Assembly: GCF_001458735.1 (NCBI RefSeq)
Contig: NZ_CZQA01000011.1
Location: forward strand, 85,483-117,482
Source of the DNA: Candidatus Nitrospira nitrosa
GTDB lineage: Bacteria > Nitrospirota > Nitrospiria > Nitrospirales > Nitrospiraceae
Reading direction: 5' to 3'
Length of the DNA stretch: 32,000 nt
This document shows positions 9,001 through 14,699 of the stretch, piece by piece. Every line of letters begins with the position of its first letter. Positions within the stretch are counted from its first letter, which is position 1. The position numbers and the translations under genes are program-made. Under the pieces are notes generated by a model that saw only the letters and a program-made list of their open reading frames with translations, did no database searches and had not been told where the DNA came from.

Positions 9001-10905
9001 ACTTGGACTCTGGGTGCCGATGTGGAGAACCTCACGCTGACCGGCACTGGAGCGATCAGTGGGGGCGGGAATTCTCTAGACAACATTCTGACAGGGAACC
9101 GCGGCGCCAACACATTGGATGGTGGAGGAGGAGCTGACAGCTTGATCGGCGGTCTCGGCAACGACACGTACGTCGTGGACAATGCGGGTGATGTGGTCAT
9201 AGAGAACGTCAACGAGGGTGTGGACACGGTGCGGAGCGCAATGACGTACGTTCTCGGGACGGATGTAGAAAACCTTATGCTGATAGGTTCCACCGCCGTC
9301 AATGGGACCGGCAATAGTCTCAATAACATGCTCACGGGCAACGGCGTCGCGAACACCCTGACGGGGTTGGACGGAAACGATACGCTCGACGGCGGGGGCG
9401 GCACCGATATCCTAACGGGTGGCCTCGGTCACGACACCTATGTGGTTGATGATGCCGGCGATATCGTGACGGAGAACCTCAATGAGGGGACTGATCTGGT
9501 GCGGAGCGGGGTGAGCTATGCCCTCGCGGCCAATGTGGAACACCTCACGTTGACTGGCATCAGCGCTATCGACGGCATCGGCAATACTCTCAACAACAAG
9601 CTCACAGGCAACAGTGCGGCGAATCAACTGGCAGGTGGGGCGGGCAATGATACCTATGTCGTGAGCACGGGAGATACCGTGATCGAATATGCGGGTGAAG
9701 GCATGGACACCGTGCGGAGTAATGTGAGCTGGATGTTGGATTCAAATCTCGAACATCTCACGCTCACGGGTACGGCAGCGATTAATGGAGAAGGCAACAG
9801 TTTAGCCAATACCTTGCGTAGCAATGATGCGGCAAACGTGCTCATTGGAAGGGCGGGCAACGATACCTATGTCGTGAGTACAGGGGATACCGTGATCGAA
9901 TATGCGGGTGAAGGCATGGACACCGTGCGGAGTAATGTGAGCTGGATGTTGGATTCAAATCTCGAACATCTCACGCTCACGGGTACGGCAGCGATTAATG
10001 GAGAAGGCAACAGTTTAGCCAATACCTTGCGTAGCAATGATGCGGCAAACGTGCTCATTGGAAGGGCGGGCAACGATACCTATGTCGTGAGTACAGGGGA
10101 TACCGTGATCGAATATGCGGGTGAAGGCATGGACACCGTGCGGAGTAATGTGAGCTGGATGTTGGATTCAAATCTCGAACATCTCACGCTCACGGGTACG
10201 GCAGCGATTAATGGAGAAGGCAACAGTTTAGCCAATACCTTGCGTGGCAATGATGCGGCAAACGTGCTCATTGGAGGGGCGGGCAACGATACCTATGTCG
10301 TGAGTACAGGAGATACCGTGATCGAATATGCGGGTGAAGGCACGGATACCGTGCGGAGTAATGTGAGCTGGATGTTGGATTCAAATCTCGAACATCTCAC
10401 GCTCACAGGCACGGCGGCGATCGATGCGACAGGGAATATGCTGAACAACAGACTGACGGGCAACAATGCGGAAAATCAACTCGTCGGTGGGGTGGGCAAC
10501 GACACGTTGCGCGGTGGGTTGGGCAACGATACCTATCTCATCACTCGTGGTGAGGGCCTGGATGTCATCGTCGAGAATGACAGCACGGCCGGCAACAGTG
10601 ATCGACTTCAGTACGGGGCGGCGATCAATCCGCTCGATCTGGTCATCAGTCGTCAGGTCGACGATCTGCGGCTGGCGGTGCATGGTACCGCCGATCAGGT
10701 TACCATTAAGGACTGGTATGTCGGCACCGATCATCAGGTCGAGACGATGCAGGCCGGGAATGGCTCGCTGTTGCTCAGTACGCAAGTGGATCAACTGATT
10801 CACGCCATGGCTGCGTTCAATCAGCAGACTGGTCTGACCTGGGACCAAGCGATTGATCAGCGTCCCCAGGATGTGCACGCTATCCTTGCCGCAAACTGGC
10901 AGTAG
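1..10905 (+). CDS. Giant RTX-repeat (hemolysin-type Ca2+-binding) protein, more than 3630 aa. The 5' end lies outside the window. Predicted T1SS substrate, adhesin-like.
   Basis: The frame is open from nt 1 (no stop upstream of the GTG at 31) to the TAG at 10903-10905. It carries dozens of GGxGxDxL/I nonapeptide repeats; the first block is [46 protein letters not shown] at nt ~1255-1400. About eight ~90-aa modules of the form GNDxYxFxxGDGxDxIxD...FADGT are present (hemolysin-type Ca-binding-related modules). One cadherin-like/putative-Ig segment lies at nt ~7999-8310 (..[35 protein letters not shown]..). There are two arrays of a 71-aa unit. The last module ends in a non-repeat C-terminus, as expected for a T1SS signal. 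T1SS genes lie 1.4 kb downstream. Confidence 0.9.
   Translation, partial: [3634 protein letters not shown]
5386..5811. repeat. Diverged in-frame repeats with a 213-bp (71-codon) period inside the RTX gene (first array)
   Basis: The motif ggRaatgaactggacaaYRtgctgaccggcaatgccggagtcaatgt recurs at 5386 and 5599. A more diverged copy (gggaacgagctggacaac) starts at 5812. The spacing is exactly 213 bp each time. Confidence 0.7.
9639..10405. repeat. Near-identical tandem repeat, 213-bp unit, about 3.6 copies, in frame inside the RTX gene (second array)
   Basis: Units start at 9639, 9852, 10065 and 10278. By direct comparison, copy 1 differs from copy 2 at 4 positions and copy 2 from copy 3 at 2 positions. 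Copy 4 diverges after ~10405. Each copy encodes [71 protein letters not shown]. Older diverged copies of the same 71-aa unit extend back to ~8400. Confidence 0.93.
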
Positions 10906-10969
10906 CGGATAGAGGGGAGTGAACGGTAAACAGTAAGAAGCACGTCGCGAGGGGGGGGGCTGTTAGGTG

Positions 10970-10990
10970 CAGGGTCCCCCTGTCTATTTT
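10970..10990 (+). terminator. Weak candidate intrinsic terminator after the RTX gene
   Basis: caggg-tcc-ccctg forms a 5-bp stem with a 3-nt loop (10970-10982), followed by tctatttt. The stem is short, so this is only a candidate. Confidence 0.3.
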
Positions 10991-11072
10991 GTGATCATGC
11001 TTGTGTGTTTCAGGTAGAAAGGCCCTTGCAGAAAAGATCAACCGTTTTCTGAAAGCGAAGGAGGGCGATGTC

Positions 11073-11603
11073 TTACGGTGACGCGGCAAGGGCTTCGCGA
11101 GCGCTGGTCTGAATGGTTTCAGTTGAGAGGCGGTGATGGCGAGCCACGAGGAATGCATCGTCGAGATCGATCTCTGTTCCTCGACGAAGCTTGGTAATCA
11201 CGAAATCGATAGGAGACAAGACACGAATACGAAGGCGAGGTTCGTGAATGACATCGATGGCACGATCCCTATATCCCGGTGGCATGGCGACCACCGACCA
11301 ACCGGAGAAATTTTGGGTCAGATCAGCGGGGATCTTTCGGGCTGTCAGGTAATCCCTCAGCGGCATGAGAGGGCTTTGTAGCTCGGCGTCGACATCGAGC
11401 GTCACCCGATTGGACACGCCGTAGGCGTGGAGGGCCAACCCGCCGACGAGGAGTAGGTCGACCGGGGTATTAGTGTCGGCGACGTACTGAGTGAGAAGTT
11501 TAACGAGATACTCAGCGGTGAGCGTAGGCAAAGTAGACCGCCTCGGCGAATGTTCGATACTCGCGGAAGTCAATCGGACCGGGGTCGATCGGAAGAGGGG
11601 CAC
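11073..11603 (-). CDS. Hypothetical protein with a minimal nucleotidyltransferase-fold signature (DUF6036-like or AbiEii-like; tentative)
   Basis: The ORF contains LLLVGGLALHAYGVSNRVTLDVDAEL, matching the hG[GS]..(x)..DhDh pattern of the pol-beta NTase superfamily. A later segment, IDFVITKLRRGTEIDLDDA, is also present. The start is uncertain (GTG 11603 or an internal TTG). The ORF overlaps the 3' end of the upstream ORF. Confidence 0.5.
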   Translation of the reverse strand: MPLFRSTPVRLTSASIEHSPRRSTLPTLTAEYLVKLLTQYVADTNTPVDLLLVGGLALHAYGVSNRVTLDVDAELQSPLMPLRDYLTARKIPADLTQNFSGWSVVAMPPGYRDRAIDVIHEPRLRIRVLSPIDFVITKLRRGTEIDLDDAFLVARHHRLSTETIQTSAREALAASP

Positions 11604-11850
11604 GGTCGAAGAGATAACTGAGCAGGCGACGGTAGTGCGTATACCATCGGCAGGCTGTTCTGTGCGCGTCTTGTACCACCGGATCGGATTGCCAGGGGAT
11701 CAGATCCAATTGGTCGTTCAATAAGATTTCAAGCCAGAGCACCCGCCGTCCTCTGGCGGTTTGAGTGGCTTCCTGAATCGACGTTGTGCCAAGGTAGGCC
11801 GGGAGCAGTTTGAGCGTCGGTGTGGGCGGTTGTGTAGGCCTGTCTGACAT
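11512..11850 (-). CDS. Hypothetical protein (112 aa), upstream partner of the NTase-like ORF
   Basis: ATG-initiated ORF that overlaps the next gene on the same strand. I recognise no motif and see no clear SD, so support is weak. Confidence 0.4.
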   Translation of the reverse strand: MSDRPTQPPTPTLKLLPAYLGTTSIQEATQTARGRRVLWLEILLNDQLDLIPWQSDPVVQDAHRTACRWYTHYRRLLSYLFDRAPLPIDPGPIDFREYRTFAEAVYFAYAHR

Positions 11851-12300
11851 GGTGTTAGTGTAACATAGCCGTAAGCAGATCTATATCGGAACCGTCCGAA
11901 TGCTTCCAGATTGACCGTGGAGGGTTCATTGCCCGGTCGATGGGCAGCTTCCATAAACACTGGCGTGTGCAGCCACACCGCTGGACGATGCGTATGGAAG
12001 GCCATCAAGCTGTCACGATTCCCCAACTATATAGGAGTGTCGCCATATAAAAGAAGCCGGGAGCCTATGTCGAATATTGGCGCACCCGGCCTTTGCCTGT
12101 CCCAGCGGAGGGCAAATCCATCGCCTATGTAGGCCTGTGGCCCAGTCTGAAAGTACAAGTGGGTGGCTCTTCCGTTGTGGCTGCGCCTGAGTGCTGATGA
12201 GATTACCGAAAAGCAAGGCTCAGATAAATCACCTACTGTGCATCTGTCCCAATCCTCGAAAAGGTTTGGCCATCAGGCAGCCCTATCCTAAGATGGCTGG

Positions 12301-14481
12301 ATGTCAGCCAATGCCGCGCGGGTTCCCTCGCATCCACCGGAGTGCGAACGTTCTGACACCTCTTCAGTTGAGACAGATACCGGACTGATCTGCCTCCTCA
12401 TTCTTGCGCGTTTTCATGATCTGCCTGCCGATGGTTCTCAGCTGCGGCATCAGTTTGCCCAGTCTGGACAGACCCTATCCGATACCGATCTCCTCCGTGC
12501 CGCCAAACATCTGGGTATGAAAGCCGGGCTGGTGAAGATCTCATGGAGCAAACTGTCCGGAACCCCGTTGCCGGCGATAGCCAAGCGAACGGACGGGCGA
12601 TATCTTGTCTTGGCCAAAATCGAAGGAGACAAGGTGCTGGTCCAAGATCCCGTTGAAGGACGCCCCCTTGTGTTTGGTCGCCAAGACTTCGAGGGGATGT
12701 GGGCCGGTGAATTGTTGCTCTTTACGAAGCGGGCTCATGTCCGCCTCCAAGACCTGAAGTTTGACTTCACCTGGTTCATCCCAGAAATCGTCAAGTACCG
12801 CAAGTTTTTTGGAGAGGTCTTGGTTGCCTCGTTCTTTCTGCAGCTCTTTGCCCTGCTGACACCGCTCTTTACACAGGTGGTCATCGATAAGGTGCTTGTG
12901 CATAAGGGATTTACCACGCTCCATGTGCTGGCCATCGGGATGGTCACGCTGGCGGTCTTTGAGGCGCTCCTGGGAGGGCTTCGGACCTATCTGTTTGCCC
13001 ATACCACGAATCGGATTGATGTCAGCCTCGGGGCTCAGCTTTTCCGCCATGTCCTGGCGCTGCCTCTTTCCTATTTTGAAGCAAGGCGCATCGGCGATAC
13101 GGTGGCACGGGTCAGGGAGTTGGAGCAGATCCGCCAGTTCTTGACCAGCCATTCCGTCACCGTGGTGCTCGATGTGCTCTTTACTGTCGTGTTTCTGACC
13201 GTGATGTGGTTCTACAGTTCGACCCTCACGCTCGTGGTCATGGCGTCGTTGCCGATCTATGCATTGTTGTCCGTGGCGATTACGCCGGCGATCAGGGCTC
13301 GACTACATGAGAAGTTCAACCGAGGCGCCGAGAATCAAGCGTTCTTGGTGGAAGCCGTCAGCGGGATTCAAACCGTGAAGGCTCTGGCGGTGGAGCCGCC
13401 CCTGTTGCGGAAATGGGAGGAACAACTGGCCGGCTATGTGCAGGCGAGCTTTCGTGCTACGAGCATGATGACGATTGCTGGTCAGTCCGCAACCGCCGTG
13501 CAGAAGGTCACCACGGTAGCTGTGCTGTGGCTTGGAGCCTATCGTGTGATCGGCGGCGATCTCAGTATCGGTCAATTGATTGCCTTCAACATGCTGTCAG
13601 CCCAGGTCACCGGGCCAATTTTGCGGCTGGTGAATCTCTGGCAAGAGTTGCAGCAGGTCGGTATTTCGGTCGAGCGTTTAGGAGATGTGCTCAATACGTC
13701 GCCGGAGCCGTCCTACAATCCGAACCGGACGACCTTGCTCCATGTCGTCGGTCGCGTGCAATTCGACGACGTGACGTTTCGGTATCGACCTGATGGTCCA
13801 GAGGTCGTCCGCAAACTCTCTTGTCGTATTGAGCCAGGCCAGATGATCGGAATTGTCGGTCGATCGGGCTCGGGGAAAAGCACGATCGCGAAATTACTGC
13901 AGCGGCTCTATGTGCCGGAGCGAGGACGGATCCTAGTCGACGGCGTCGATCTGGCCCAGGTCGATCCGGCTTGGCTGCGACGACAGGTGGGTGTCGTGCT
14001 CCAAGAGAACTTCCTCTTCAACGGGTCAGTGCGGAGCAATATCGCGTTGACCGATCCCGGTTTGTCGATGGAGCAGGTGATTCAGGCGGCGAAGTTGGCC
14101 GGCGCCCATGAATTTATCCTAGAGCTATCGGACGGCTATGACACGGTAATCGGTGAGCATGGGTGTACCTTGTCCGGTGGCCAGCGGCAACGGGTCGCCA
14201 TCGCTCGGGCCTTGGTTGCGAACCCTCGGATTCTGATATTTGACGAAGCCACTAGCGCACTGGACTCTGAATCTGAGGCGGTGATCCAGCGGAATATGGC
14301 AGAGATTGCCAAGGGGCGGACGGTCCTGGTGATCGCCCATCGGCTGAGCACGGTGCGGCCAGCTCATTGCATCTATGTCGTCGAACGGGGAGAAATTGTC
14401 GAGCAGGGGTCGCATGATGACCTACTCAGCATTGGCGGAGCGTATGCGCGGTTGCATGCTCACCAGCTCGGCAAGGGATAA
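12301..14481 (+). CDS. T1SS ABC transporter, HlyB family, with an N-terminal C39-like domain (inactive peptidase)
   Basis: 726 aa. The N-terminal segment DTGLICLLILARFHD..LLRAAKHLGMKA is colinear with the HlyB C39-like domain. Thr sits where C39 peptidases carry the catalytic Cys (DCG). Six TM helices follow. Walker A is GRSGSGKST, the signature motif is LSGGQRQR, and Walker B is ILIFDEATSALD. Confidence 0.92.
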   Translation: MSANAARVPSHPPECERSDTSSVETDTGLICLLILARFHDLPADGSQLRHQFAQSGQTLSDTDLLRAAKHLGMKAGLVKISWSKLSGTPLPAIAKRTDGRYLVLAKIEGDKVLVQDPVEGRPLVFGRQDFEGMWAGELLLFTKRAHVRLQDLKFDFTWFIPEIVKYRKFFGEVLVASFFLQLFALLTPLFTQVVIDKVLVHKGFTTLHVLAIGMVTLAVFEALLGGLRTYLFAHTTNRIDVSLGAQLFRHVLALPLSYFEARRIGDTVARVRELEQIRQFLTSHSVTVVLDVLFTVVFLTVMWFYSSTLTLVVMASLPIYALLSVAITPAIRARLHEKFNRGAENQAFLVEAVSGIQTVKALAVEPPLLRKWEEQLAGYVQASFRATSMMTIAGQSATAVQKVTTVAVLWLGAYRVIGGDLSIGQLIAFNMLSAQVTGPILRLVNLWQELQQVGISVERLGDVLNTSPEPSYNPNRTTLLHVVGRVQFDDVTFRYRPDGPEVVRKLSCRIEPGQMIGIVGRSGSGKSTIAKLLQRLYVPERGRILVDGVDLAQVDPAWLRRQVGVVLQENFLFNGSVRSNIALTDPGLSMEQVIQAAKLAGAHEFILELSDGYDTVIGEHGCTLSGGQRQRVAIARALVANPRILIFDEATSALDSESEAVIQRNMAEIAKGRTVLVIAHRLSTVRPAHCIYVVERGEIVEQGSHDDLLSIGGAYARLHAHQLGKG

Positions 14482-14699
14482 TCGACAAAGACCGTCCGCA
14501 GCGTTCTCACGTCGCTCGAGGCTCAACATACGGGACAGAGTACGATTCGCCTCTTCGCTCGCTGCGGCCCTGCTGGACGGTCTTTTGAACAGTCCGGGAG
14601 GCATTCCGATATCGTCGGCCACCAGACGTGTCCCGATTCATTGCTCAGGTGACCAGGGTTCGTCCACACACTGATCGTCAACGGAAACCGAGAGAGACT

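Noticed and set aside
9639-10405. Regularly spaced near-identical repeats considered as a possible CRISPR array
   Set aside because: The units are contiguous 213-bp blocks with no unique spacers. They are in frame and encode the same 71-aa module as the surrounding protein.
10951-10959. A G9 homopolymer just after the RTX stop codon, considered as a phase-variation tract
   Set aside because: It lies in non-coding DNA between convergent genes, so length changes would not alter any reading frame. No promoter spacing is evident.
14628-14699. A GTG at 14628 as the start of the HlyD-like gene (the longest ORF)
   Set aside because: The extra 24 residues have no counterpart in HlyD N-termini. ATG 14700 gives MAFGGLSRHWTVWK.., colinear with the HlyD N-terminus. 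I kept 14700 but cannot exclude 14628.
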